A stretch of DNA of 64,000 nt from Paraspadella gotoi (GCA_051294375.1 CM119266.1:5631053-5695052), one strand, 5' to 3'. Shown: positions 12,403-26,117, counted from the first letter of the stretch. Notes: generated by a model not told the origin, from the sequence alone. Numbers and translations: made by a program.

Positions 12403-15400
12403 AGAGAGAGAGAGATTTCTTTCATTTCCAGTTACGTCAGGATTTTCGGCCAACGGATGAAGATGCAAACAACGAACTCTCCTCTCTCTCCTCTCTCCTC
12501 TCTCTTCTCCGTTCTCTTCCTCTATAATTATACTCTCTCTTTCTGATTACTCTTCCTACAAGGGCTGAGTTAAGGTTTTGATATTTATATTCGATTTGTA
12601 ATCGCAATGGTATGACGTTGATTTTTATTAATAAACAAAGACATTATTAATATTATAAGCAAATACAATAAAAGTACCTAACAGTTGGATAATATGCCGG
12701 ATTCCGGAATTTTTCTAGATTTTATCATTTTGAATTTCAATGTTGACGTCATCATATATGCAAAAAACCGAACAGAGAAATACAATACCAATATAATACT
12801 ACAATGAAAACTGTAAAGAGAGCAAAAATAATAAAAATCTAATGTTTAATACATTTTCAAATAAATATATTAAAATATAATAGACCAAATAAATAGATCA
12901 AGATCAAATCGCTAAAATTTCTTATCTAATTATGAATTCATTCAACGAATACAAAATGCAAATGAGATTTAAAACCATATTTTACAAATATAATTCTCAC
13001 AACTAACTATTATAGCCATACAGAAATATTGTAGAATTTAAAGACTTGGACTCTAAGGTTCAGATTCATGAGACTCTGTCCTATCGAAACCTGGACTCTG
13101 ACCTTCGAGACTCGAGACTTTTTGGGGTCGAATTTCGTAAGACTCGAGAAAGAGAAAGCGTAACGGTTAAGAGAGTCCGGAGGGTAAGGTTGATTATTCT
13201 GGTAAGCGACAGTAGGATCGATAGGAAGATTTAAGAGGAGAGTGAGGACAGAGAAACAGACGATGTGTTCTCACTGATGATTGTTAAACTAACTAGAAGA
13301 TATAATAACTATAGGTAAAAAAAGTGTAAGAAAAGTTGAAAAGAAAACCGGCGAAAAAAAAAAGAAGTTAAACTAACATGCAACAGTTAAGAAAATATAA
13401 ACATCATTTCATAAGACCAAGTTTACATGGAACTAAAATTTACTAACTCCGTACTTTTGAAACGAAACACCAATCCAAAAATCAGCCGGAGCTTGAAAAT
13501 TATTTCCCCTAAAACAAGCGAATACCAAACAAAGACGGAACCATCCACACTGTGATAGAAATACCCCGGGTTTCAAAAACAAACATTTCGACTTTATTAT
13601 CTACGAAAAAAATTAAAAATAAAAAAGAAAAAAGAAATAAAAAAAACCTGCTGAAGATTTATGTTATGAATTGAAAAAAAGACGAAATTTAATAGAAAAA
13701 CAAATATAGAGACGAGAATCGGGGACGTTGACGAACGACGACGACGAACGAATGAAGACGACGCACATTGACGACGAAACAACGACGAACGACGACGACG
13801 ACGATGACGAACGAACGACGTCCCTTTGTGGAGAGTAAAATGTTGCCTCACTTCCTCTCCGCCCACAGCGTCGACGGGCTATGCAAATCAACTCCTCGTA
13901 CATTAAAAATTGGGAGATAAACACTAAATAATCCCTCTTCCCGACCCTCATTTTAATTCTGGGGGGGGCGTACATGAGCGTACAATCTCGGCATTTTTCT
14001 ATGGGTGCGTCAGTAGCAGGTTAGGTCGTGGAGTGTCTTTCTGGTGATTGATAGTAGCTGGTGCTGTGGAAGCGTGGTTGTGGGGGTGAAGGATAGGACA
14101 CTTATTAACATTAACAGAATAGCCAGGAACGGCAGATTCGGTAAAGCTTAATGTATGTGTGCCACTAAAGTTACGTGGACAGAATCCGTATATCGTCGGT
14201 TAAGTACCAAATTCCAACAAAGACAAAAAATCGAATCTTGGGGAAGTAGTTAGAGCCCTAATCGATAAGAAGACAGGACGAGCAATAACCAATGATGAGG
14301 CCTCACGTACTCTCATCTCGCAGATAAGTAACTGCACGGTTCGAAGCTCTCGATCCTTAGCAGGAGGAATGCAGGGAATGCCGTAAGCAGGTGAAATACT
14401 CGGGCTACTCTCCATGCATGCTCTCCTCGTCTCGAGACATCTACTATTTGGAGAATTAATATTTAAGCGCATATCACAGAGTAAATCAAATGTCGAAGAT
14501 ACATGTAACGAGGAGACTACGCCTTCTGACTAACGCCGCGCGAGGGCACATCCTCTCTCGATCTACCCATCGAGAGCAGACGAACGAGAGCGAGAGGGAG
14601 AAAGGAGAGCAGAGAGAGAGAGAGAGACGATGACGAGAGAGACGACGGACACGACACGGATGAAGAGATGAATCCTTCTGAGAGAGCCGCCGAAATTGAC
14701 GCCGCGAGTGACGTTTGAAGAATAGACGGAAGAGAGATTGAAGCATGAGAAGAAGAAGAATCGTGCCGAAGAAGTAACGTACGATAACGCGTCGCTCGTA
14801 CAGTGCTCAGTGGATCGTCGTTCGTGATCAGTCGTTTCGTCTGCCGGGATTTACAACTGCGGAAAAGTACGTGGCACCGAGCGGCACATCTAATCGTTCA
14901 TAATGTGTGTTGAGGAGTCACGCTGAGCTCCGAATGCCCCGCTGTAGTTTCTTTTCTACAGGTTCTTCCTCCTCACATCTTACCTCCCTCTTTCTTGTTT
15001 CTCTTCTTGTTCCGTTACAATTTGATGCCATCCATATCATATATCGAGATCTCCTATGTTACATGAGATGATCCTTTGTTTGAATTCATCGCATATCATC
15101 GCTCTCTCTTGGAAGGGATTGCCTCTTATAATGATGATCTGACCGAATTGCGAAACAATTTCTTATAACTGCTCTACTATATCTTTTTTTCTTCTTTATT
15201 TTTATATATTATATATCTAATTTCCTACATTGTTCCAAGGTTTTTTCTATTTATTTAGCCATAGTTAAATCTCGTTTAGAATAGATTTTCTCAAACATCT
15301 ATTTATTTAGTTTATTTATAATTTTCTGTATAATTCATCCTCACATTTCCTACGCTTTACTATAAATATTGTCATGATTTAAACATATTTTCTTATTAAG

Positions 15401-17081
15401 TATATTCCTATGTCTTCTCGATATTCAGTCGACCCTCTTATCTAATATATCGCCTTGTGCCATTCTAACCCTATTTTCAATGCATTCTCTATATTGTGCC
15501 CTACATAACTTATGCTATTAAGTAAACACTCTTATTATCGTACTTTCAAAGTTTCTCCTATAGTTTTTTGCTACTCATCCATGCTCTCTCTACTCTCGTC
15601 CATGCGTCCACGCTACTCTCTCTTCTCCGCTCATTTCCTCTGCATTTGCTCTGCTGTCACCCTATAGCTCTGAGTAATTCCTCGTCAAGTCTCGTATTTC
15701 GGGATCTCAGCCTGTGTCTTCAATACATTTTACTGGTACTTCTATTCTCTTCGTACTACCCGCACACAAAATGCTCCCCTTTTCACTCCACTACTCTCTC
15801 TCCTCGCATCTCTGCCCTATTCCACTCCCGACTCATCATAGCCATCTCTCTCCTTCCTCCCTTCTCTTGCCCTCTCCCTTTCCACTCCCTTGCTCCTCCT
15901 CTCCTTCTCTCTCTTTCTCCTTCCCTCCTTCTGCTTTCTCCCTCTCCTTTCTCTCTTCTCCCCTTGCCATTCATACTGATCGTACGACTGTCTATCCTCT
16001 TCTACTTCCTCCCCAACTCCTCTTCCCTTCTCCTTCCCTCATCATCTCTCCACTCTTCCCCTCCCTCCCCATCTCCCCCTCCCCTCCGTTCCTGACTCAC
16101 TCCCCCTTCCCAATAAAGTAGAATTTTCGACGAATCATCGGCTCTTGATCGATGTCTTTTGGTGCGATTAGGACTTCCAAAGGAGGGTTCGAGGTATTAT
16201 TCTACGTCGGCGGCTGGTGCGGGGGGGGTGGGACGGGAAACATGGGGGGCGGAGAGTGGTGGTTTGGTGTCGCTGACAACCCGAGTCTTCACGGCAACTC
16301 AATGAACCTCAATGGTCCCGGACCCGAGCTCAAATTCCGATTGTGAATGGGGGGTGGGGGAGGGGGAGAGAGGAAGAGAGTTATATCCCAAGAAGTGGGA
16401 TGGGAATGGAGAGAGAGAGGAGAGAAGAGAGACAGAGAGAGAGGGGGGGGGGTGACGAGAGAAAAGAGAGAGCGAGAGAGAGATGAGAGAGAGAGAGAGA
16501 GCAGAGAGCGACGATGAGAGGAAGGAGCCTTTTTCAACCGAATTTCTTTTTCGTTCAGAGAAGATCTATCTGTCCGCGCTTGACAGACAACTTGTCCAAC
16601 AATCAAGAGATACAGGGAAAATGCTGACGGATGCAGATTCGTGATCACGAGTTTGAGATATTTAATGTAAGGAGGGTCAAAAATGATGGACTTAATAATC
16701 GACTTCGCTCTGTTAAGTTATCATTAATTTTATTCTAAAAAAAAGTATTAAGTAAACCTTAATAAATAAATCTTAAACTATTCTACGTATTAACATGCTA
16801 AAGATAGATGTTAGACAAATTATACGTAAAATGTTCGCATCGGCAGGCATCTAAGACGGCATCCCTCCAACGAGGCGATTTGAATGCGATGAATTCAAAC
16901 AAAGGATCCCATCTCAATCGACTAGTCTCTTTGTTTTGCATCCAAATGCGAACAAAAAAAAACAAAGATATGCGAACGCTGCGCGTCCTCTCCTTTCAAG
17001 GCCTCGTCCCTACTTTCAGTTTCGAGAAAAACTGCCTTACATCTGATGACTTTTCTCTCTCTCTCTCTCTCTTCTCTCTCT

Positions 17082-17136
<55 letters not shown>

Positions 17137-17569
17137 TCTCTCGAGAGAGAGAGAGAGAGAGAGAATGAGAGCATCCGTCTTTGAGATTTGTTGGAACATG
17201 GGATGACAGGAAGATTTTCACAGAATAAATTTATCCGCGCGGAATACAGCGAACATCGTTTACAACGCGATTAAAGTTGGCTGACGTTTTTCATTAAATC
17301 AAAGTACAGTGAATGTCGGAAAACGTCGTTAAATATGAAACTGTTTTAGTTGTACAATTAATAATGAACGTTTAAAATATGATTACGGGAAACGTTATTT
17401 AAGATTAGAGATTTTATTTAGATGGTTAATAACTGTACATTTTCTATACATTTTATGTTTCGTCGTTAAGTAAATTAAAAATGATAAGCATTTAAAAGCC
17501 ATAAATAAAAGACCATAAATCTCGTGAATAAAGATATATAAAAATATATATATATATATATATATATAT

Positions 17570-17830
17570 CAAGTGAAGACAGCGAATATTGCGAGTGAAC
17601 ATATTGAATCTTGTGAATAAAGGCAGTGAATCTCGCGAGTGAAGATAATGAATCTCGCGAGTGAAGATAGGGAGCAAAGTCAGCGAATATCGTTTGTGAA
17701 GATAATGAATATAACAAAAGAAGATAGTGAAGTCACTGAGCCTCGCGAGTATAGGTAATGATTATTGCGAATCTCGCGAGTGAAGATAGCGAAGACAGCG
17801 AAGACAGTGAATCTCGCGAGTGAAGACGTT
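17570..17830. repeat. Degenerate ~21-bp minisatellite carrying the palindrome CTCGCGAG
   Basis: GAATCTCGCGAGTGAAGA-type units; CTCGCGAG occurs five times between 17632 and 17820. Also present in the copy at ~11030-11270. Confidence 0.8.
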
Positions 17831-17904
17831 CACCATCTTCACTCTCTCTCTTCACGACGGCGACTGATGAGGATCGTTTCACGAGTCGACGACTCGAGAG
17901 ACTT

Positions 17905-18020
17905 TGACCGATTTCCTCTTCGCCGTGACCTTTGACCCTATGACCCTCTGAGCCGAACCACCGACCCTGAATCCGACCCCAATGACCCGGAGCTGACCTG
18001 ACCCGACGTCGACCTGACCC
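17905..18020 (-). promoter_or_regulatory. Cluster of co-oriented nuclear-receptor half-sites (RGGTCA) forming DR1, DR2 and DR5 spacings
   Basis: TGACCT/TGACCC at 17926, 17933, 17941, 17983, 17994, 17999 and 18015. Function is inferred from the motif only. Confidence 0.4.
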
Positions 18021-18069
18021 GGTAGACGCTGATGCGACAATTACGTCGTCGAATGAATGTCGTCGGGTT

Positions 18070-18660
18070 GTGAGGATGAAGAAGACGATGACGACGACGA
18101 AGATGAAGACGAAGAAGAAGACGATGATGAAGAATAAGAGGATGACGAAGAAGGAGACGATGACGAAGAAGGAGACGATGACGAAGAAGGAGACGATGAT
18201 GAAGAATAAGAGGATGACGAAGAAGGAGACGATGACGAAGAAGGAGACGATGACGAAGAAGGAGACGATGATGAAGAATAAGAGGATGACGAAGAAGGAG
18301 ACGATGACGAAGAAGGAGACGATGACGAAGAAGGAGACGATGATGAAGAATAAGAGGATGACGAAGAATAAGAAGATGACGAAGAATAGGAGGATGATGA
18401 AGAAGGAGACGATGATGAAGAATAAGAGGATGACGAAGAATGATGGGACGACGAAGATGACAATAAATAAGAGAACGACTACGACTATGACGATGATAAA
18501 GAGGACAATGAAGATAATGACAACGAACAAGAGGACGACGAAGATGACAATGACGACGAACAAGAGGACGACAAAGACGACAATGACGACGAATAAGAGG
18601 ATGACAAAGATGACAATGAGGAAGAATAAGAGGATGACAAAGATGACGCTGACGACGTCG
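18070..18660. repeat. 18-bp minisatellite with 72-bp higher-order unit, grading into degenerate (GAY/GAA)n triplets
   Basis: Units GAAGAATAAGAGGATGAC and GAAGAAGGAGACGATGAY alternate 1:3 three times (~18130-18345). Confidence 0.9.
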
Positions 18661-18863
18661 CTGATGACAAAAAATATTAATTGACTGACAACTGACAAGT
18701 ACGGCGATGACTATGATAACTTTGCTTGCGAGAGTGAGACAAAGGGCAAGGAAGACAACTGAGGTGAATGTCCTTCGTCAATTTCAAGTAAAATTCGGAC
18801 ATTTACTCTTTACAAAATTTGTAAGATGACGTTAACGAAGTCGTGGATGGCGGCGATGATTAA

Positions 18864-18895
<32 letters not shown>

Positions 18896-18951
18896 TATCG
18901 ATGATGAAGCGCGATGGCCCGAGGTAACGATTCCCGAGTGAGTTAGACGTC

Positions 18952-18990
<39 letters not shown>

Positions 18991-19074
18991 GAGAGAAGAG
19001 AGAGAGAGAGAGAGAGATTTCTTCCATTTCCAGTTACGTCAGGATTTTCGGGCCAAACGGATGAAGATGAACAA

Positions 19075-19114
<40 letters not shown>

Positions 19115-20797
19115 TTCTCCATAATATAACTCTCTCTTTCCCTGATTACTCTTCCTTACAAGGCTGAGTTAAGGTTTTGTATTTTATTCATTTTGTAATC
19201 GCATGTATGACGTTGACTTTTTAGTTAATAACAAAGACATTATTAATATATAAGCAAATACAATAAAAATCACCCTAACAGTGTAAAATAGCCGGATTCC
19301 GGATTTTTCTAAGATTTTATCATTTTGAATTTCAATGTTGACGTCATCATATATGCAATAAAACCCGAAAACAGCAGAATTACAATACAATATAATACTA
19401 AATGAAAATGTAAAGAGAGCAAAAATAAAAAATCTAATGTTTAATACATTTCAAACATAAATATATTTCAAAATATAAGTAGACAAATAAATAGATTCAA
19501 CGATCAAATCGCTAAATTCTTATCCTAATTATGAATCATTCAACGAGATACAAAATGCAAATGAGATTTTAAAACCATATTTACAAATATTAAATTCTCA
19601 CTAAACTATTATAGCCATACAGAAATATTGTAGAATTTAAAGACTTGAGACTCTAAGGTTCAGATTCATGAGACTCTGTCCTCGAAACCCTGGACTCTGA
19701 CCTTCGAGACTCGAGACTTTTTGGGGTCGAATTTCGAGGACTCGAGAAAGAGAAAGCGTCAAGGTTAAGAGTAAGTCCGAGGGTAAGGTTGATTAGTTCT
19801 TGGTAAGGACAGGAGGATCGATAGGAGATTTAAGAGGAGAGTGAGGACAGGAAACAGAAGATGTGTTTCATGGATGATTGTTAAACTAACTAGAGATTAA
19901 ATAAACTATAGGGTAAAAAAGTGTAAGAAAAGTTGAAAAGAAAACCGGCGAAAAAAAAAAGAAAGTTAAACTAACATGGCAACAGTTAAGAAAATATAAC
20001 ATCATTTCATAAAGACAGTTTACATGGAACTAAAATTTACTAACTCCGTACTTTTGAAACGAACACCAATCCAAAAATCAGCGGACCTTAAAATTATTTC
20101 CCCTAAACAAGCGAATACCAAACAAAGACGACGCATCCACACTGTGATAGAAAAACCCCGGGTTTCAAAAACAAACATTTCGACTTTATTATCTACGAAA
20201 AAAAATTAAAATAAAAAAAGAAAAAGAAAATAAAGAAAAAACTTGGCTGAAGATTTATGTCTATGAATTGAAAAAAGACGAAATTTAATAGAAAAACAAA
20301 TATAGAGACGAGATCGGGGGACGTTGACGACGACGACGACGACGATGAAGACGACGACGACGACGAACAACGACGAACGACGACGACGACGATGACGACG
20401 AACGACGTCCCTTTTGTGGGAGAGTAAATGTTGCCCTCCTTCTCTCCCGCCCACAGCGTCGACGGGATATGCAAATCAACTCCTCGTTAATTAAAATTGG
20501 GAGAAAAAAAATAAACCCCTCTTCCCGACCCCATTTTTATTTCTGGGGGGTGGAAGAGGAAGGGGATTTTTTTATGGGGGTGAGGTTGGTGTGTGGAGGG
20601 GGTTGTGGAGTGTAAGGAGCTGGGCTGTGGAAGGGGTTGTGGGGGGTGAAGGAGGAGACATAAGAAATTAAAGAGCAGGGAAGAGATAATGGCATGGTGA
20701 AGAACATAGACGGCATGGGGGAGGTAAATGAGATGTTAATACGGGTAAGGGAGAGACATGGTAAAGGGGGGCAGATTCATCGAGAGGTAAGCCAGCG

Positions 20798-20882
20798 GAA
20801 GAAGCAGGGAAGGAAGCAGGAAGGAAGCAGAGAAGGAAGCAGGGGAAGGAAGCAGGGAAGGAAGCAGGGAAGGAAGCAGGGA
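20798..20882. repeat. 12-bp tandem repeat (AGGAAGCAGGGA)n
   Basis: About 7 imperfect copies read directly. Confidence 0.85.
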
Positions 20883-20933
20883 GAAAATGGGAAAGGATTC
20901 CATTCATCGCATTGAAGTCGTTCGCTCGGCAAC

Positions 20934-20984
<51 letters not shown>

Positions 20985-21047
20985 TGAAGATGATCCTTCC
21001 CCAAATCCCGTCGTTTGATCGAAATTAACATAATCATCCAAGAGTAA

Positions 21048-21080
<33 letters not shown>

Positions 21081-21585
21081 TCGTCGTCGTCGGGGATTCA
21101 AGCGAAAATGTCCCCGCACATCTATCTCTTTTTGGTCACGTGACTAGATCCCCCGTTTATTTCTTTCAGGTTCTCCTCCTCCTCTTCCTCCTCCTTTCTT
21201 TCTCTTTCTCTTAATTCCTTCCTTTCTTCCTCTTTCTTTTTATTTCTATCTCCCATCTTTTTTTTCTTTATTTTTATTATTTTATTAATTTCCTAATTGT
21301 TCAAGGTTTTTTCTTTTATTTGCCATAAAATCTTGAATATTTCCAACATTCTTATTTATATTTTATATTTTTAGTATTCATCCTACATTTTCCTCCTTTC
21401 TTATGTCATTAACTTTTTTTTTAATTTTCCTTTCTTGTCTTTCTTACCCTCTTTCTTATCCGGGTTCTCCCTATTTCATGCTTTCTATATGCCCCTACAT
21501 AACTATGTAGTACTCTTTTTCTATTACAGTTTCTCCTTATTTTCTCTCTCTCCTCTCTCTCTCTCTCTCTCCCTCTCTCTCTCCC

Positions 21586-23272
21586 NNNNNNNNNNNNNNN
21601 NNNNNNNNNNNNNNNNNNNNNNNNNNNNNNNNNNNNNNNNNNNNNNNNNNNNNNNNNNNNNNNNNNNNNNNNNNNNNNNNNNNNNNNNNNNNNNNNNNNN
21701 NNNNNNNNNNNNNNNNNNNNNNNNNNNNNNNNNNNNNNNNNNNNNNNNNNNNNNNNNNNNNNNNNNNNNNNNNNNNNNNNNNNNNNNNNNNNNNNNNNNN
21801 NNNNNNNNNNNNNNNNNNNNNNNNNNNNNNNNNNNNNNNNNNNNNNNNNNNNNNNNNNNNNNNNNNNNNNNNNNNNNNNNNNNNNNNNNNNNNNNNNNNN
21901 NNNNNNNNNNNNNNNNNNNNNNNNNNNNNNNNNNNNNNNNNNNNNNNNNNNNNNNNNNNNNNNNNNNNNNNNNNNNNNNNNNNNNNNNNNNNNNNNNNNN
22001 NNNNNNNNNNNNNNNNNNNNNNNNNNNNNNNNNNNNNNNNNNNNNNNNNNNNNNNNNNNNNNNNNNNNNNNNNNNNNNNNNNNNNNNNNNNNNNNNNNNN
22101 NNNNNNNNNNNNNNNNNNNNNNNNNNNNNNNNNNNNNNNNNNNNNNNNNNNNNNNNNNNNNNNNNNNNNNNNNNNNNNNNNNNNNNNNNNNNNNNNNNNN
22201 NNNNNNNNNNNNNNNNNNNNNNNNNNNNNNNNNNNNNNNNNNNNNNNNNNNNNNNNNNNNNNNNNNNNNNNNNNNNNNNNNNNNNNNNNNNNNNNNNNNN
22301 NNNNNNNNNNNNNNNNNNNNNNNNNNNNNNNNNNNNNNNNNNNNNNNNNNNNNNNNNNNNNNNNNNNNNNNNNNNNNNNNNNAGAGAGCGAGAGAGAGAG
22401 AGAGCTCTTTTCAAACCGAATTTCTTTTTCGTTCAGAGATAGATTTTTTTTCTATCTGTCCCGCGCTTGACAGACAACTTGTCCAACAATCAAGAGATAC
22501 AGAAAATGCTGACGGATGCAGATTCGTGTATCACGAGTTGAGCATTATGTTTTAATTGTAAGAGGGTCAAAATGATGGGACGTTTAATAAATCGACTTCG
22601 CTTCTGTTAAGTTATCATTAATTTTATTCTAAAGTATTAAGTAAAAACCTTAATAAATAAATCTTTAAACTATCTACAGTTATTAACATGCTAAAGATAG
22701 ATGTTTTAGACAAATTATACGTAAAAATGTTCGCATCGGTCAGCATCTAAGACGGCATCCCTCCAACGAGGCGATGAAATGCGATGAATTCAAACAAAGG
22801 ATCATCTCAATCGACTAGATCTCTTTGTTTGCATCAAATGCGAACAAAAAAAAACAAAGATATGCGAACGCGCGCGTCTCTCTCCTTTCAAGGCCTCGTC
22901 CCTACTTTTCCAGTTTCGAGAAAACGCCTTACATCTGATGACTTTCTCTCTCTCTCTCTCTCTCTCTCTNNNNNNNNNNNNNNNNNNNNNNNNNNNNNNN
23001 NNNNNNNNNNNNNNNNNNNNNNNNNNNNNNNNNNNNNNNNNNNNNNNNNNNNNNNNNNNNNNNNNNNNNNNNNNNNNNNNNNNNNNNNNNNNNNNNNNNN
23101 NNNNNNNNNNNNNNNNNNNNNNNNNNNNNNNNNNNNNNNNNNNNNNNNNNNNNNNNNNNNNNNNNNNNNNNNNNNNNNNNNNNNNNNNNNNNNNNNNNNN
23201 NNNNNNNNNNNNNNNNNNNNNNNNNNNNNNNNNNNNNNNNNNNNNNNNNNNNNNNNNNNNNNNNNNNNNNNN
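21586..23272. other. Two sized assembly gaps (21586-22382, 22970-23272) bounded by (CT)n/(GA)n
   Basis: N-runs. Confidence 0.99.
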
Positions 23273-23412
23273 GTCCCTTTCTCGATTGGTAAAATTATGA
23301 TTCGATTTGTGTTTTTGGAATCTTGGGTCTACACTAAAGATTCGCGTAATTGGCAACACTTAAGTTTTTACGATCTGCGTTGATTAGCGAAGGAGAACTA
23401 AAAAGAGACAGT

Positions 23413-23459
<47 letters not shown>

Positions 23460-24076
23460 CGGTTTTTAGAACGCGTTTACAACTAAAAAAAAAGATTCTT
23501 TTGACAAAAAGTGAGAATGTTTTAATTTAAATTAAATATATTTTTTATACTTTAAATTAAATTATTTTCAGCATATATGATTAAAAAAATAAGAAAAAAT
23601 ATGCCACGCAAAAAATCGGCCGAAAATTTTTTCTCACTAGATTCATAAAACATGATATCAAAATGAATATAAATGAATTTGGGTTCCTTCGAACTATTAA
23701 CCTACGAACCCAGATCTCATACGTCCTTCCTCTTTCTCCCTCCCCCCTACTTTATCATCCCCTTAAAAAAGGGGGAGAGCCCATCCTCCCCTTAAAAATA
23801 AAAAAATGAGAAAGACCATCTCGCGCGAATTTTAAAGGATGAAAAACGTTTCTAGAGAAATGCCGAGGCCTCTCTCTCTCTCTCTCATAAAGAATGCGTT
23901 TAAAGATAACTATTAAAGATAACTATTCGTCATCGTAAACGTCGCTGGAGCCCAGCTGCTATCGCTCGTCGCTTAACTACAAAACTACAAACATCTGGAG
24001 GTTTTATCTTTTCATTTACGTTATTATCCGCGGGTCCCTTATCAAATAAATTTGGGGGCCTCGAAATTGAATTTTC

Positions 24077-24119
<43 letters not shown>

Positions 24120-25152
24120 CTCTGTCTACTCGAATTGGGTGTTCATATTTTTGAAAAGGACATCGATCACAATTCTGTGTTTAGTGACACATTTTAGAGC
24201 CGATTTTTGAAAAGGGAGAGAGTGAGACGAAGAGAGAGAGGAGGAGAACGTGAGAGACAGAGAGAAGAGAGAGAGGAATGAGGAGAGAGAGATGAGAAGA
24301 GGAGGAGAGGGAAGAGAGAGAGAGAGAGAGATGGAGACAAAATATAATAGACATGCTTAAATTAAGGCGATATGTGAAAGTTTACATACAAAAATATTCC
24401 TAAAATGTCAATTAATGAACAAACATACCTCACGTGAAACATTATATTTGTAAAAAAAATTAATTTATGTTTTTTAATTTTTCGCCCAGTAGGCTACCCG
24501 TTATATCTATAATATAGTTACTATCTATATAAAAATCAAAAAAATTTCAACAATAGCTTTCTAATTTTGATTGCAGATTTTTGAATTCCTCGTCAAAAGC
24601 TTGATTTAAAAGAAATATTATAAATCATTTTTTTTTAAAAAAATCTTTCATTAATGGGTTTTAAAAATTAAAAACTATATAATATAATTAAAAAACGTTA
24701 ATTTCCAGCTTAAAATATAGAGGCCTTGTTCTAATTTTTTTGACCCACTTAATGAAGGAATATTTTCAAAAGAGGTTTTATATTTCTTTTATTACCAACT
24801 TTTATGACGAATCCAAATCGCAAAAAATCTTAGAAAAAAAACTGTTTTTGGAAATTTTAACATTTCATTGGTTTCTGTACTAGTATAAACTCTATATGGC
24901 CACTGCCGGTAAATTTGTAAAATTTTATTTTTATGAATTTTTTTGATTACATAAATGGTTCCATTAATAATATAATGTGTTGTTCTTCCTCACTTTTTAG
25001 AATTTTAATTTTAAAGTTAAATTTAGAAAAAATTTTTACTACGCCTTTAATGTAAATGGCCAAACTCTGTTCTGCTCTGGAATAAATGAAGCAAAATAAT
25101 TTTTTTAGGGAACCTTTCCTTTGTCTCTTGTCCTTTCTCCCCTTCTTCCTGT

Positions 25153-25223
<71 letters not shown>

Positions 25224-25388
25224 ACCCCCATGCCTCCCCCCACTCTCCCCCCCAAGCGAAGGTCGATGCGAGGCGAGAAACAAGAATGGAGTTAATATTT
25301 TCGATAAGCGAAAATAATCAACAATAATACTATAAAATGCGAGAGGAGAGAGAGAGAGAGAGAGAGAGAGAAGAGAGATGAGAGAGAG

Positions 25389-25419
<31 letters not shown>

Positions 25420-25954
25420 CTTGTTAGACACAAATATTTCCACTGTGCCACAATCGTCAGTGTGTCTGGCTAATTCGATTAACTGTCCGGACAGCGATTC
25501 TTAATTACGAGTTAAAAACCGACGGAACGCCGAAAAATTTCGTTCCATAACAAGACGTTGAATTTTCACTAATAAACTAAGGATTTAACTAATTTTAACC
25601 TTTAAATTCGGGGAAAAAATCCAAGTGAAACTTGAAAGGGAGAAATAAATGAAAAAATAGTTAAAAAATTGTGTAAAGGTAATAATTAAGTTGGCTGATA
25701 ACTATAAATAACTTAGATGCCAAATCTCTGCAGTCGGCAGCAATGGAACGAGTCCGTATTCAAAAAACAAGTTTTAAAAATATGTAGCCCGCCGGCCCCA
25801 GTCCCATAGCGGCATACGGCCGTGCACTGGTTTTCCGTAGTGTAAGTACCTTTCGGTGATCGATCATGGTAACTAATGGTCACGAATCCCGAATCACCGC
25901 AATTTCTGTTTTAATTAGATAAAATGATCACTCCAGTATTACATTACTGAATGT

Positions 25955-26117
25955 GACTGGAGGAGAGTCTTAATTGAAATCTTACAGGGACTTGCTATGT
26001 CATTATCATGTAAGAGGGATGGAGGCCTTAAACCACCAAAGCCTGTCAGGGTCAAGATTGCTTATTTATTAAATGAATGGATAATCTTTGTATTGGTTGT
26101 ATCAATTTCATTAAAGA
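25955..26117 (+). mobile_element. Truncated, diverged copy of the dispersed element found in tandem at 35526-36257
   Basis: GATGGAGGCCTTAAACCACCAAAGCCTGTC...TTATTTATTAAATGAATGGATAAT...TATTGGTTGTATCAATTTCAT is the reverse complement of ~35842-36010. Confidence 0.8.

Larger units (their letters stand above)
10630..22969 (+). repeat. ~6.5-kb head-to-tail duplication (noisy copy 10630-17150, cleaner copy 17160-22969)
   Basis: Both copies start GAGAATGAGAGCATCCGTCTTTGAGATTTG and end GCCTTACATCTGATGACTTT(CT)n. Internal anchors are collinear, e.g. GACTCTAAGGTTCAGATTCATGAG at ~13049 and ~19649. Confidence 0.93.

Noticed and set aside
17733-18698. 321-aa hydrophobic ORF and its copies (6925-7684, 11300-12189)
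   Set aside because: It is an alternative-frame product of a triplet-based minisatellite, has no domain, and its frames are not preserved between copies.
21141-21160. TGACTAGATCC, matching the 5' end of miR-279
   Set aside because: Only 11 nt match and no complementary arm is visible.
3835-22969. LTR retrotransposon or genuine tandem gene amplification
   Set aside because: No TG..CA ends, primer-binding site or gag/pol sequence. Divergence is indel-dominated, as in sequencing error.
21435-23383. Long ORFs spanning N-runs (also 46328-47106 and 47877-48580)
   Set aside because: They are open only because gaps translate as X.
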